Assembly (NCBI GenBank): GCA_039809385.1
Contig: JBDHUY010000001.1
Coordinates: 96,001 to 160,000, forward strand
Direction of reading: 5' to 3'
Source of the DNA: Candidatus Altimarinota bacterium
Lineage (GTDB): Bacteria; Patescibacteriota; Gracilibacteria; JBDHUY01
Length of the DNA: 64,000 nt
Shown here: positions 20,617 to 31,442 of the stretch, one piece after another
Layout: every line of letters starts with the position of its first letter
Numbering within the stretch: the stretch's first letter is position 1
Position numbers and translations under genes: made by a program
The notes under the pieces: generated by a model
The model's input: the letters and a program-made list of their open reading frames with translations, nothing else
Databases searched by the model: none
Told to the model about the DNA's origin: nothing

Positions 20617-21783
20617 CTATCCCATTCTCACCACCATCAGCACCGCCCCCGCCACTACCGGAATCAGCACATTGTCGTCGAGTTCGAATTTTCCAATCTT
20701 TAGATCCATACTCTCGACCAGCATCGCGACCGAGCTGGCCCAAAAAGCATAAGTGAGCGGCACAAAGAGACTAGCTCCCATAGTGGCAAAGAAGATACCC
20801 GAGAGCGTACCTTCCCAATTTTTACGCGGATTGTAGAAAATCTTTTTGCGACCAAAATAACGGCCGATAATATTGGTTACCGAATCGCCGAAGGCCAGTA
20901 CCAAAATACTAGCCGCCGCTATATTTTCACTAAAAAAGACAGTCGCCAGCCACGACCCCAGCAAAAAGCATAGTACGCCGCGAGCCGGGAAACGTTTCAA
21001 ATGTTTTTCGCGTTCAAAAAAAGCCAGTCCTTGATACAAAAAGGCCGGGAATTTGAAATACTTCAGAAATGCCACCAGACCGAAGGCTACGAGTAAGCCT
21101 ACACCCAGCAGTTCCGACGACAGAATATAGACCCTCAGCAGAAACACCAGAAACAGACCAAAGAAGCAATGTAAAACCTGCCGGCGGACTTCCAGATTTT
21201 CTTTCAGCAAAAGATTAAAACGCGAAAATACGCGGTATTTGTTCTCAAACCACAAAAAGAGGGTCGAGACTTCGTAGCCGATAAACGCCCCCAGGATAAC
21301 ATCCGAGAGAAAGTGCACATGCAGGTATACCCGCGCGAAAGCAATAATAAGCGCATACATGAGCCAGAGTCGCGCCGCCCATTTATTCTTGTAGGCAATC
21401 AGCGGCAATAGCGCAAAAACTGCGATAGCATGCTGACTGGGCAAACTGAACGTATATTCCGGAACCAGTACGTCTACGCCGTACTGTACAAAAGGACGCG
21501 GCACGTCGAAGATGTCTTTAAGCTGAATCCCAAGCCAATTAGCGACTCCAAAACTGAGCAAAAAAGGCAAAATAAACTCGGGTCGGTGATGCCATACGAC
21601 CGTTTCGACCGAAACCGCCAACAGGATCACCATAAATATAAAGGAGCACAAATAGGCAAAAAACAAAGCCAGCGTTGGATCGTTTATAAAGGTCATCAGA
21701 TCGAAAACCGCCCGATTGACAAAGTACGAAGCGATAAAAACCGACACCCATATCCCGAGACGATGATAAAAACGAAGTTTCAT
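20617..21783 (-). CDS. PAP2 lipid phosphatase fused to dolichol/phytol-kinase (SEC59/VTE5/DGK1) domain
   Basis: PAP2 motifs KDIFDVPRP, PSQH, RVYLHVHFLSD; kinase motifs RRQVLH, FGDSVTNIIGRYFG, PRKNWEG, DDNVLIP. Confidence 0.85.
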   Translation of the reverse strand: MKLRFYHRLGIWVSVFIASYFVNRAVFDLMTFINDPTLALFFAYLCSFIFMVILLAVSVETVVWHHRPEFILPFLLSFGVANWLGIQLKDIFDVPRPFVQYGVDVLVPEYTFSLPSQHAIAVFALLPLIAYKNKWAARLWLMYALIIAFARVYLHVHFLSDVILGAFIGYEVSTLFLWFENKYRVFSRFNLLLKENLEVRRQVLHCFFGLFLVFLLRVYILSSELLGVGLLVAFGLVAFLKYFKFPAFLYQGLAFFEREKHLKRFPARGVLCFLLGSWLATVFFSENIAAASILVLAFGDSVTNIIGRYFGRKKIFYNPRKNWEGTLSGIFFATMGASLFVPLTYAFWASSVAMLVESMDLKIGKFELDDNVLIPVVAGAVLMVVRMG

Positions 21784-22073
21784 ACAAAAATGGCGCTAAT
21801 CAGACGCAGGATCAATTGAAACAGCAGTTCGAGACCGAAGAGTACCAGAATCGGGCTCAGATCGATCGGTCCCAGCGGCGGAATAACCCGGCGCACGATC
21901 CGGTACAGCGGATCGACCACCGAACGCAAAAAACGGTGAAACGGACTCGCCGAATGCGGACGAAACCAGGAGTACAGCACCGCCAACAGCACGCACCACT
22001 CAACCAGACCGAACAGCATTTGTAAGAAATAGACCAGGAAGATAGCGATCTGCATAAAAATATCAAATATCAA
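21780..22073 (-). CDS. yggT: YggT family membrane protein
   Basis: LYSWF...VVDPLYRIVRRVIPPLGPIDLSPI; real start may be the ATG of MQIAIF. Confidence 0.9.
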   Translation of the reverse strand: MIFDIFMQIAIFLVYFLQMLFGLVEWCVLLAVLYSWFRPHSASPFHRFLRSVVDPLYRIVRRVIPPLGPIDLSPILVLFGLELLFQLILRLISAIFV

Positions 22074-22259
22074 AACTCAAATGCCAAAATAAACCCCAAC
22101 AGCAAAGTTCAAAAAGATTCGTAATTATATTTTAGCATTTATGTTTGGTCAGCGATAAGCCGTAGTTCTCAGTCGCAAAAATGCCCGTTCGGAACAATCA
22201 TACATTACAATTCACCTCTGCCACATACGTCATACGTTATACATAATACTTTATACTTT

Positions 22260-23297
22260 TCACTGGCTTTCGAATAACTTCAGGTTCGGATCCGGCAGTA
22301 CATTCCGCCACATAGTATACTCTTGCGGATGATCGCGGTACAAAAAATAGCCAAGGGCCGCGATCATAGCTCCGTTATCGGTCGAATACACGTTTTTTAC
22401 CGGAAATTTTACCGTAAATCCGAGCTCCTGCCCTCGTCGTTCGACCGTTTCCCGATAGAGTACATTGGCCGAGACGCCGCCGGCAATATGGACTTCGGAA
22501 GCATTATATTCACGAGCTGCTTGAAATAGTTTAGCCACCAGGACATCGATCACGGCCATCTGAAACGAAGCCGCCATATCGGCAACAAACTGCCCGGACA
22601 ACGAATCCGATTGGCGCAGTTCTTTTTCCACTACCCGTAACACTTCGGATTTTAGGCCGGAAAAGCTGAAATCATATGTACCGGGCAGCCAGGCCCGCGG
22701 CAAATCAATCGAGACAGCATTTCCCGAGAGCGCGCTTTTACTGATCAGAGGCCCCCCAGGATAACCCAGTCCTAAAATCCGCGCCACTTTGTCAAAAGCC
22801 TCGCCCGCCGCATCGTCGCGGGTTCTACCGATATGTTCGAAGGTCAGGTGACGAGGCATGTAGACCAACTCGTTATGACCTCCGGAAGCGGTAAGGATGA
22901 CCAGAGGAAAACGAATATCGGCATCGAGGCGCTCCAGCCAGTTGGCATAAATATGACCGCCGATATGATGAACCGGAATTATAGGGATATCCAATAACCA
23001 TGCTAAGGTCGATGCCACCAGATCCCCGACGAGCAGAGAACTGACCAGACCAGGACCGCGCGTTACGGCAATGGCATCAATACAGTCAAGAGACACCCCG
23101 GATGTTTCGCACAGATCACGGAGTACTGGCAGAATGCTATTTACGTGTTCACGGGCGGCTAATTCCGGAACTACCCCGCCGGTGAGGTTGTGCATCTCGA
23201 TCTGGGACGCCGTTCTCATACCTACAACTCGGGTTCCATCCTCAACCAATGCCAGGCTCGTATCGTCGCACGAAGTTTCAATGCCGAGAAAAAGCAT
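22260..23297 (-). CDS. tsaD: tRNA N6-adenosine threonylcarbamoyltransferase
   Basis: LGIETSCDDT, GGVVPELAAREH, HHIGGH, ASGGH, DDAAGEAFDKVAR, FSFSGLKS, GGVSAN, TDNGAMIA; start at ATG 23297. Confidence 0.97.
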   Translation of the reverse strand: MLFLGIETSCDDTSLALVEDGTRVVGMRTASQIEMHNLTGGVVPELAAREHVNSILPVLRDLCETSGVSLDCIDAIAVTRGPGLVSSLLVGDLVASTLAWLLDIPIIPVHHIGGHIYANWLERLDADIRFPLVILTASGGHNELVYMPRHLTFEHIGRTRDDAAGEAFDKVARILGLGYPGGPLISKSALSGNAVSIDLPRAWLPGTYDFSFSGLKSEVLRVVEKELRQSDSLSGQFVADMAASFQMAVIDVLVAKLFQAAREYNASEVHIAGGVSANVLYRETVERRGQELGFTVKFPVKNVYSTDNGAMIAALGYFLYRDHPQEYTMWRNVLPDPNLKLFESQ

Positions 23298-23534
23298 GGG
23301 GAAAGGACAAGGAGTATAAAGTATTATGTAGAATGTATGAAGTATGGAACTTTCATTCTCCGAATCATGAAGCATCAATCAAGGAAGAGACTTTTGCCCC
23401 TTAACCGTTAACTATTGACGATCTAATGTATTGATGAATTTTTTGTCAAAAATAAAAGATCATTCGGTAAAGATGGATAGTCTCTTTCTTCTCTAATAAG
23501 CTGTTCGCTGATCGCTGTAAGCTGTTTGCTCTCC

Positions 23535-23609
23535 TGGTGCCCCCGCCGGGAATCGAACCCGGAATTACAGTTTAGGAAACCGTCGTTATATCCATTTAAC
23601 TACGGGGAC
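23535..23609 (-). tRNA. tRNA-Arg(CCT)
   Basis: Reverse complement GTCCCCGTAGTTAAATGGATATAACGACGGTTTCCTAAACTGTAATTCCGGGTTCGATTCCCGGCGGGGGCACCA; loop TTCCTAA; encoded CCA. Confidence 0.93.
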
Positions 23610-23975
23610 GGAGAAGTAGCGAAAGAGAGTATATAAAAAGAAGAGGCGGTTTGAAAGCGTTTTAGAAGAAAGTATAACGTATTAGGTAGAATGTATCACG
23701 TATAGGAAATGTTTTTATGATGTAGAACTTATGATTGATAATCGCTAACTTCCCTAGCTTCTAACTCGTGACCTCTAACCCCTGCTCTAGGCAGATACAT
23801 AGGTTTCTTCACTACATTTACAGATACCTGGGGATACCCGTTTTATAGACTTTATGAACTTTATGGACTTTCGGCTGGTTCTGGGGCAGAAACGCGTGTC
23901 TGTCCCTACTTTGCTATTGGCTAACTGATCAAAACCTCTATAATAGGCCTGTTACATCCTCTAGGTACATTGTTC

Positions 23976-25337
23976 ATGCTTCCCAACGAATCACCGCCGG
24001 GATTACCAAACCAACCCCTGAGCGTTACCAAGCAACCCGAAAACGACGAGCAGCGACTACAGGCCGAAGATATAAAAATCAGCTACGTCGAGAACCTGGG
24101 AATTATCAGCTACCTCACCAAAGCGATTGAAGACGCCATGATCAAACGCGTCGGCATTCTGAAATTTCCGCTCCTCCTGATCGATATTCCGCTCATTCTG
24201 GCCGTACTGATCGTCAATCTGGAACGAATCGTCTATACCTACGTGATCGAATATTTGGTAGCCCACATCAAGTTTGACATAGCAATTATCACCAACGGAA
24301 TTAAGAAAGTTTTTAATATCGGACAGAATCCGGTATACAGCGAAGACGACGAAGAGGAAATTTATGAAGAGACACCTTCGGGCAAGGCGTTTCAGACGAT
24401 CCGCTACATTTTGCGATTTCTGTGGGGGGTGCTGATATTGGGGATCTTTTTGCCGGTCTGGCCCTTGATCCTGCTCTACAATATATTTATCGAACTCTTC
24501 CTGATCGGATTCTTGTACTATATTTTCATTACCTACCATTTTCCGGACTGGTGGGGCGGCCTGTTGTCCTATACCATTTTTGCGACAGTAACGTTCATCA
24601 TCGCCAGTATCTCGGTCCCGGCTTTTTTACGCACCTTTACCTACCTGAAATATCTTTTTTCGATCGAACGAAAGAGCTGGCGGGAGATCAACAACGAAGC
24701 AAAGCTGGCGTTTTTGAGTATCTACCTGCGTATCCAAAATAACAAACTCGACGTACTTGGACGACTCGGGTCGCGCTACGAGCCGGTAGAAAAAGTGGAA
24801 GGAGGTCTCTATTATCTGTTCCTGAAAACCATCTACGGGGTCAAGGACCGGGTATTCGATTTACGCAAAAAACGCGTGAAACAATTAATGGGAGATCTCG
24901 ACCAGACGGTCAAATCCGCTCAGGGAGAATTGAGTAACGAGTTGGAAACTTATGAAAAAACAGTTTCGCTGATGACTCCCAGCGAGCTGTTTAAAACGGC
25001 ACTTGCTTTGATTCTCACTTTCGCGTTATCGGCCCTGTTATTACTACGGGGTTCCAGCGGAGAAGGAATTACCGCACCGATTATCTTTTCCTTTCTCGAT
25101 CAAGCACGGGGGCTTAGTATGTGGATCAACTATCAAGGAAGCAACTTGGGTTACTATGAATTTCTGGCACAAAAAGCCGGATTTCTACCAGAGATATTGC
25201 GTTACGCGGCAATCGGACTGGACACGATCCTGCACTATTTTTTCCAAGCCTATTATTATGTTCTTCCGGTATATTTGAAATTTTTTACCGACTATTACCT
25301 GTTCTATTTTAGCAATATCATTGCCAGAATCGTATAA
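23976..25337 (+). CDS. Hypothetical multi-pass membrane protein
   Basis: Long ORF with several hydrophobic segments; no family recognised; ATG 23976 preferred over TTG 23970. Confidence 0.75.
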   Translation: MLPNESPPGLPNQPLSVTKQPENDEQRLQAEDIKISYVENLGIISYLTKAIEDAMIKRVGILKFPLLLIDIPLILAVLIVNLERIVYTYVIEYLVAHIKFDIAIITNGIKKVFNIGQNPVYSEDDEEEIYEETPSGKAFQTIRYILRFLWGVLILGIFLPVWPLILLYNIFIELFLIGFLYYIFITYHFPDWWGGLLSYTIFATVTFIIASISVPAFLRTFTYLKYLFSIERKSWREINNEAKLAFLSIYLRIQNNKLDVLGRLGSRYEPVEKVEGGLYYLFLKTIYGVKDRVFDLRKKRVKQLMGDLDQTVKSAQGELSNELETYEKTVSLMTPSELFKTALALILTFALSALLLLRGSSGEGITAPIIFSFLDQARGLSMWINYQGSNLGYYEFLAQKAGFLPEILRYAAIGLDTILHYFFQAYYYVLPVYLKFFTDYYLFYFSNIIARIV

Positions 25338-25345
25338 TTTTCCGC

Positions 25346-25386
25346 TTGACGTCTCGTTTTTAGCACTCTATAATTAAGGGTGCTAA
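25346..25386 (+). promoter_or_regulatory. Sigma70 promoter with overlapping CIRCE (HrcA operator) upstream of dnaK
   Basis: TTGACG-N17-TATAAT; TTAGCACTC-N9-GGGTGCTAA at 25360-25386 (1 mismatch to TTAGCACTC-N9-GAGTGCTAA); the -10 box lies inside the CIRCE spacer. Confidence 0.9.
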
Positions 25387-25477
25387 CTGTATTGAGCAGG
25401 GAAAAGGCTAATACTGAAGTATATAGGACATGCCTCCGCTCGATAATCTCGGTTATTTGTATTTTTTACATAATCTT

Positions 25478-27400
25478 ATGAGTACCGTATTAGGCATAGA
25501 CCTTGGAACAACTTTTTCCTGTATGGCGGTAATGAAAGGCGGCGAGCCAATTGTTATCCCCAATGCGGAAGGCGACCGAACAACTCCGTCGGTCGTGGCC
25601 ATCAAAGACGGCGAGACTCTAGTCGGCGTGATTGCCAAACGTCAGGCCGTGACCAATCCCAGAAACACGATTTATTCGGCCAAGCGCTTTATCGGGCGAC
25701 TGCACGACGAAGTTCAGGAAGAAATTAAATCGGTCCCCTACGAAGTCGTACGGGGCAAAAACGGCGAGGCAATGATTATGCTCGATGAAAAAACCAGACA
25801 GCCTGCCGAAATAGCGGCCATGGTCTTGCAGAAGTTGAAAGCCGACGCCGAAGCCTATCTGGGAGAAAAAATCACCCAGGCCGTCATTACCTGCCCAGCC
25901 TATTTTAACGATTCCCAGCGCCAGGCTACGAAAGACGCCGGAAAAATTGCCGGACTCGAAGTGTTGCGGATTATCAACGAGCCGACCGCTTCGGCCTTAG
26001 CCTACGGCTTGAGCAAGAAAAAAGACGAAAAGATCGCCGTGTACGATTTCGGAGGAGGAACCTTCGATATTTCGATTCTCGAGATCAGCAGCGAAGGAAC
26101 CTTTGAAGTACTGGCTACCAACGGAGACACGCACCTGGGCGGTGACGACTTTGACAAACAGATCATGGACTGGCTGATCGCCGAATTTAAAAAAGACCAG
26201 GGCATTGACTTGTCGCAAGACCAGTTTGCTCTGCAGCGCCTGAAAGAAGAATCGGAAAAAGCCAAGCGCGAACTCTCGGCCAAAGCCGAAGTCGAAATCA
26301 ATATTCCGTTCATTACCGCGGATAAATCGGGACAGCCAAAACATTTAAATCTCAAGCTGTCGCGCGCCAAATTCGAGCAACTGATCGAGGATCTGGTACA
26401 GCGCTCGATTGAGCCGTGCAAAAAAGCGCTTTCTGACGCAAAGTTGTCGGCTTCTGAAGTAGATGAAGTCATCCTGGTCGGAGGTTCTACCCGCGTACCG
26501 CTGGTCCAGCAGAAGGTCAAAGAGATCTTCGGCAAAGACCCCAGCAAGGGCGTGAACCCGGACGAAGCTGTCGGTGTGGGCGCCGCGATCCAGGGAGCCA
26601 TCATTCAGGGAGACGTAAAAGACGTGCTCTTGCTCGACGTTACTCCACTCTCCTTGGGCATAGAAACACTGGGAGGAGTAGCCACCAAAGTTATTCCGAG
26701 AAACACCACGGTTCCCACCAGTAAATCGCAGGTTTTTTCGACCGCGGCCGACAACCAGTCGTCGGTCGAAATTCATATCGTGCAGGGAGAACGCGAAATG
26801 GCTTCGGACAACAAATCGCTCGGTAAATTCATGCTCGACGGCATTCCGCCGGCCCCGCGCGGTATTCCTCAGGTAGAAGTCACTTTTGATATCGATGCCA
26901 ACGGCATTCTGAATGTATCCGCCAAAGACAAAGCCACCAACAAAGAACAGCGCATCACCATCCAGGGATCGAGCGGTATGAGCAAAGATGATATCGAAAA
27001 ACTGGCAAAAGAGGCCGAATTGCACGCCGAAGAAGACAAAAAGAAAAAGGAAAAGATCGAAGCCCGCAACATGGCCGACACTCTTATTTACCAATCAGAA
27101 AAAACGCTGAAAGAATCAGGCGACAAAGTCGACGCTGCTCTGAAAAAAGATGCCGAAGACAAAACCGAAGAATTAAAGAAGATCATTGCCAACGAGCAAT
27201 CGAGCAAAGAAGAGATCGAAAAAGGCACGCAAGTACTGTCCGAATCGATTCAAAAAGTCGGCGCGGCCATGTACCAGCAAGCCCAGAATCAGAATCCGGG
27301 AGATAACGCCTCGGACTCTTCTGGACAGGAAACCGGCAATGACAAAAAAGATGAGGGGAATGTCGTAGAAGGCGAATATACCGATCCGGATAAGAAATAA
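25478..27400 (+). CDS. dnaK: Chaperone DnaK (Hsp70)
   Basis: [46 protein letters not shown]; start at ATG 25478. Confidence 0.98.
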   Translation: MSTVLGIDLGTTFSCMAVMKGGEPIVIPNAEGDRTTPSVVAIKDGETLVGVIAKRQAVTNPRNTIYSAKRFIGRLHDEVQEEIKSVPYEVVRGKNGEAMIMLDEKTRQPAEIAAMVLQKLKADAEAYLGEKITQAVITCPAYFNDSQRQATKDAGKIAGLEVLRIINEPTASALAYGLSKKKDEKIAVYDFGGGTFDISILEISSEGTFEVLATNGDTHLGGDDFDKQIMDWLIAEFKKDQGIDLSQDQFALQRLKEESEKAKRELSAKAEVEINIPFITADKSGQPKHLNLKLSRAKFEQLIEDLVQRSIEPCKKALSDAKLSASEVDEVILVGGSTRVPLVQQKVKEIFGKDPSKGVNPDEAVGVGAAIQGAIIQGDVKDVLLLDVTPLSLGIETLGGVATKVIPRNTTVPTSKSQVFSTAADNQSSVEIHIVQGEREMASDNKSLGKFMLDGIPPAPRGIPQVEVTFDIDANGILNVSAKDKATNKEQRITIQGSSGMSKDDIEKLAKEAELHAEEDKKKKEKIEARNMADTLIYQSEKTLKESGDKVDAALKKDAEDKTEELKKIIANEQSSKEEIEKGTQVLSESIQKVGAAMYQQAQNQNPGDNASDSSGQETGNDKKDEGNVVEGEYTDPDKK

Positions 27401-27608
27401 GCGGATAGGCAGCAGTACATACCGAGTGAAAAATGCAAAATGTAAAGTGAAAAATTGAAGACAATACGTTTGGCAGTTTTCGATCATTTATTGAAAACAG
27501 GAACTTCTATCTTCTGAACCCTTGTTTTACTGTAAGCTGTCTGCTCTTAGCTTCAGCCCTCACTCCATTCTAAAGCTTGCCCCTGCCTTACTGTAAACTG
27601 TCAGCTGT

Positions 27609-28178
27609 ATGTGCTCTGCCTCTCCCGACTCCCCTCTCCGATCTCCTAACTCCCCTCCGGTGCCGCACATTGCGCTTATTCAAGGCAGTCTGAGTCCTAA
27701 CTCGAAAACCAGCCTGGTGATCGAGGAGGCCCGGCAGGTATTGGCAGACAAAAAAATCGACTACACGCTGATCGATCTGAGAAAGATCGACATGCAGTTT
27801 TGCGACGGTCGCGATATCAAAGAATATAATGAGGATATGCAACGCACCTACCGGGAACTGGAGAACTGTAGCGGCTATATTTTCGGTATGCCGGTATACC
27901 AATATTCGGTTGCAGGCCCGTTAAAAAACTTCATCGACATCATGGCCGGAGCGATGGACTACAAAGTCGCCGGCATCCTGTGTAATTCAGGCGGCGTTCG
28001 TTCGTACCTGGCCAGCGCCGATTTGATGAAAAGTCTTTCGTTCGAGTCCTACGTGGTTACGGTACAACCCACGGTCCATACCTGGGCCGAAGATTTCGAA
28101 AACAACAAAATCAAAAATCCCAAAGTCCGCGAAAAAATCAGCGAAATGGTCGATGCGATGATGAAGTTAGTGAAATAA
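27609..28178 (+). CDS. NADPH-dependent FMN reductase (flavodoxin-like)
   Basis: IALIQGSLSPNSKT, GMPVYQYSVAGPLKNFID; true start may be GTG 27660. Confidence 0.88.
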   Translation: MCSASPDSPLRSPNSPPVPHIALIQGSLSPNSKTSLVIEEARQVLADKKIDYTLIDLRKIDMQFCDGRDIKEYNEDMQRTYRELENCSGYIFGMPVYQYSVAGPLKNFIDIMAGAMDYKVAGILCNSGGVRSYLASADLMKSLSFESYVVTVQPTVHTWAEDFENNKIKNPKVREKISEMVDAMMKLVK

Positions 28179-28731
28179 CCGAGATGTAATATTTTTCTTA
28201 CGTTTGGGCGTTGACTTGACTCCCGCAAATTCTGGAATAGTATTGATTCCTAAATTGCTTCTATCTATGGACTTCGGAACGAGCAAGAATGGCTATATTG
28301 CTGAACAATTGATCTCGTTCTGGCAGGGATTAATGCATTGCACCAACGTGTTATACGATTAGAAGATGATATGAGTTTTCTCAAAGAAGCCCTTCACGTG
28401 TTCAGTTTTTCAATAGCCTGAAACCTCTCGTTTCGTTGATTGAAAGGTATTTTGTGACAGACAAGAAATAAAGGGAGTATGTTTTGAAAACATGATCCCA
28501 CTGCAAAATCATCACATGCTATAAAAGCTTTCTCTTAAAAGAGCAGGTTGATTAGGTCTGTTCTGTTTTAAGACGGTGTTTAAAAAGTCTTCAAGCATGG
28601 GATCCATCATTCCAGCATCAAAAGCAGCCCCTTTGGGCCTTGTCTTAATACTCCACTCTCTCCTCTTGATCTCTCTCTATTACTGTTAGCTGCAGGCTGC
28701 AGCCTGTGAGCTGTAGGCTGTGAGCTGTGAG

Positions 28732-29241
28732 CTAAGGTGATAGCTCTACATAAAACTTGCCCTCCTGCGAAGCCGAGAAGCCCTCTTTGCTGGAGAATCC
28801 CAGGTTAGAAGCATTGCCTTTGGCGGGGTTTTCCATCTTGGCCGCTATCACGAAACCGTTATCCGGAATGTCGTTGGAAGACAGAGAACGGTAATAAAAA
28901 TAGCCCGGCTCGTTACATCCCTCGCCGACGACGTTTTTGCCGTTCGGATCGGCCGGGAAGCGATTGGCGTCCAAATATTTGCCGCTGATCAAAGCCTGTC
29001 CTACTGTTGAATTGGGACTCAGGCATCCGCCGCTGGGGGAAGATGGATAATCCTGATTATCGCTCTTGTACTGGATGAGGGCGGTAACGATATTTTTCAA
29101 TTCGGCTTTGCGGGCATCGTCCGAGGCCCGGCCCAGCGCTCCCAGCAATTTAGGAAATAGGGCTACAGCCAGAATACCGATAATCACGACAACCAGCATA
29201 ATTTCGATCAATGTAAATGCTTTTTTGGTGGAAGAAGTCAT
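28732..29241 (-). CDS. Type IV pilin / GspG-like prepilin
   Basis: KKA-FTLIEIMLVVVIIGILA N-methylation segment; RASDDARKAELKNIVTAL..Y. Confidence 0.9.
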   Translation of the reverse strand: MTSSTKKAFTLIEIMLVVVIIGILAVALFPKLLGALGRASDDARKAELKNIVTALIQYKSDNQDYPSSPSGGCLSPNSTVGQALISGKYLDANRFPADPNGKNVVGEGCNEPGYFYYRSLSSNDIPDNGFVIAAKMENPAKGNASNLGFSSKEGFSASQEGKFYVELSP

Positions 29242-29336
29242 ATGAAAAAGAGAAAAGTAAAGAGATGGATATTTTATGGCAAAGGCCTAAAGAGTGTACT
29301 TATTCAGATAAGCAAAAGCAAGACCGGTCAGGTCGT

Positions 29337-30200
29337 CTAGTTGCCATATTCGCAACTATTGTTTTCCGTTTCGGGAAATGCCGGAATAACTCCGTTCGCT
29401 CTTTTTATAGTAAGCTCGGCGTCATCAAAGTTCACCATACAATCGCGGTTGGTGTCGGAGAGCGATTCCAGAGTAGCCTGGGTCAAACTGATATCGTCAA
29501 AAACTCCCTGGGTCTGCATGGCGACCAGATAGGCCGGCCAATTCTGAAAATATTTATACATGACGATCGCATAGGCGTCATCACTTGCAATACGCCCGTC
29601 ACGATTAACATCCCCTATGGGGTTTTCGGGATCGACCGCCACTCCCGGGGCATGGGAGGCAGCGGCGCCGGAAGCCGCGGAATTGACAGAACGGGTATTG
29701 ACGGTTAAAGCATTGCTGACCTCCTGCAACCCGTTCTCTCCATCCTGTTTCAACACTCCAAACGTATAACGAGTGTTCGGCTGCAGTTCTGTAGCGATAA
29801 CCCGTTTCGAGTCGTTTACATTTTCGGTGATACCGGTATGGTCCGCATGTATATCTTCAAACAGGTTCCACGATTCGATCATCTGCCGGGTCGTCAGTTC
29901 TCCGGTATAGTATTTGATATCATAACCGACCTGTCCGGTGTAGGATCCCGCCGGCGGTGCGGGTTCGTCCCACAACAGTTCTACATTTCGATTACCCACT
30001 TGGCCCGCCGACAGATTGAGCGTATCTTGCGAAATATTGATGAGATCTGATTTCAAGCGCGAACCGGTATCGTTGACATAGCCGACCACCAGCACCGAGA
30101 CAATGAAGATCCCGGCAGCCAGCAGCAGATTAAGCCGGTGTTCTTGCCAGAAAGAAGCGGGTGGAATCGTATTTTTGGGAATGTTTTGAGACATATCCAT
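29337..30200 (-). CDS. Membrane-anchored FN3 + dockerin-domain protein
   Basis: N-terminal TM; FN3 (VELLWDEP...ELQPNTRYTFGV); two Ca-loop repeats GDVNRDGRIASDDA and DTNRDCMVNFDDA. Confidence 0.75.
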   Translation of the reverse strand: MDMSQNIPKNTIPPASFWQEHRLNLLLAAGIFIVSVLVVGYVNDTGSRLKSDLINISQDTLNLSAGQVGNRNVELLWDEPAPPAGSYTGQVGYDIKYYTGELTTRQMIESWNLFEDIHADHTGITENVNDSKRVIATELQPNTRYTFGVLKQDGENGLQEVSNALTVNTRSVNSAASGAAASHAPGVAVDPENPIGDVNRDGRIASDDAYAIVMYKYFQNWPAYLVAMQTQGVFDDISLTQATLESLSDTNRDCMVNFDDAELTIKRANGVIPAFPETENNSCEYGN

Positions 30201-30316
30201 TTTGTTTGTTTCTCATTATTATACTCCAAATGCGTCAAATGCGCGAACGATATTTTTTTTGAAAATTATTGCAATTTTTATATTTCAAGAGTAACGTTTA
30301 AGAGAACATTGAATTT

Positions 30317-30412
30317 ATGAAAAACACATCCCTCCTTTCCGCCAACTTTTTTGGATACTACTTCTACTTCTTTTTTACGAAGAGGGGTTTTTGTTACGCG
30401 GATCAAGGATAG
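30317..30412 (+). CDS. Putative Phe/Tyr attenuator leader peptide (31 aa)
   Basis: MKNTSLLSANFFGYYFYFFFTKRGFCYADQG*; 9 of codons 11-20 are Phe/Tyr; upstream of aromatic amino acid genes. Confidence 0.85.
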   Translation: MKNTSLLSANFFGYYFYFFFTKRGFCYADQG

Positions 30413-30439
30413 ACATTAAAAACATACCGCAACAATAAG

Positions 30440-30478
30440 AAAAACCTCTCTTCACCACTTACGAAGAGAGGTTTTTTT
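30440..30478 (+). terminator. Attenuator terminator of Phe/Tyr leader
   Basis: AAAAACCTCTCTTC-loop-GAAGAGAGGTTTTTTT, 31 nt before pfkB ATG; 3' arm nearly duplicated (17/18) at 30375-30392 as antiterminator. Confidence 0.85.
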
Positions 30479-30509
30479 ATACTTTATTTCTGCCATAAAA
30501 ACATATATT

Positions 30510-31442
30510 ATGAAGGTTCTGGGAATAGGCGAAGTCGTCGCCGATAACGTTTACAGGGTCAACGACATGTCGCTCACCGATCAACAGCCCTGCTCACAGC
30601 AGGTACAACACTGCCTGGGCGGTCCGGTTCCGATCGCGCTTATACTTCTGGCCCGTCTGGGAGTGAACTGTACATTACTTGCCAGTATCGGGACAGACGA
30701 ACAGGGCGAAGACCTTAAAAAAGAACTCCGGCACGAACGCGTTCATCTCCTGACACAGCACCAACCCGCTACCAAATCGAATATTATTCTGGTGGATGAA
30801 AAGACGGGAAACCGCAAAAAGATGCGTGGGTCGGTGACCCATGCCCCTTTACGAAACCTGAAAACCGAGTTCCTTCGACAATTCGACGTCATCCTGATTG
30901 ATCGTCATGAGCCGCAAGCTTTGTACGAAGTTCTACAAAAAAAAGCTCCGCACACCCGGCTGGTCATCGACCCTTCAACCGAAATATCCGCCCTGACTCT
31001 GGACATGCTCAAACACGCCGAGTATCCGATTGTACCGATTGAAGGGGTTCTGAAAATAGACGGAGGCTCCACGCTCTTTGAAAAGATCAAGGCACTCTAT
31101 GCCATGAGCCGCAAAGAGATCATCGTTACCGCCGGCAGCCTGGGCACGATTCTCTACGACGGCAAAACTATCGAGATCATTCCCAGCATGGATATCCGTG
31201 CACAGGACACCAACGGGGCCGGCGATGTGTTCCGGGCCGGGGTTATTTACGGTGTTTTACGCAAATGGGATATCCGCAAAAGCATCAAAATGGGCAACGT
31301 GGTAGCCGCCCTGCAATGCTTAAAACCGGGCAACAGTACAGCCATTCCCACCAAACGGGAGATCATCCGCGCTGCAAAAAGCTTACGTCCCAAGCACATC
31401 GAGATTCGTCATCTGGAAGCATACTGTCAGGAGCTGGGATAG
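30510..31442 (+). CDS. PfkB/ribokinase-family carbohydrate kinase
   Basis: VLGIGE..AD, LGGPV..ALILLARLG, IIVTAGSLG, DTNGAGDVFRAG. Confidence 0.93.
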   Translation: MKVLGIGEVVADNVYRVNDMSLTDQQPCSQQVQHCLGGPVPIALILLARLGVNCTLLASIGTDEQGEDLKKELRHERVHLLTQHQPATKSNIILVDEKTGNRKKMRGSVTHAPLRNLKTEFLRQFDVILIDRHEPQALYEVLQKKAPHTRLVIDPSTEISALTLDMLKHAEYPIVPIEGVLKIDGGSTLFEKIKALYAMSRKEIIVTAGSLGTILYDGKTIEIIPSMDIRAQDTNGAGDVFRAGVIYGVLRKWDIRKSIKMGNVVAALQCLKPGNSTAIPTKREIIRAAKSLRPKHIEIRHLEAYCQELG

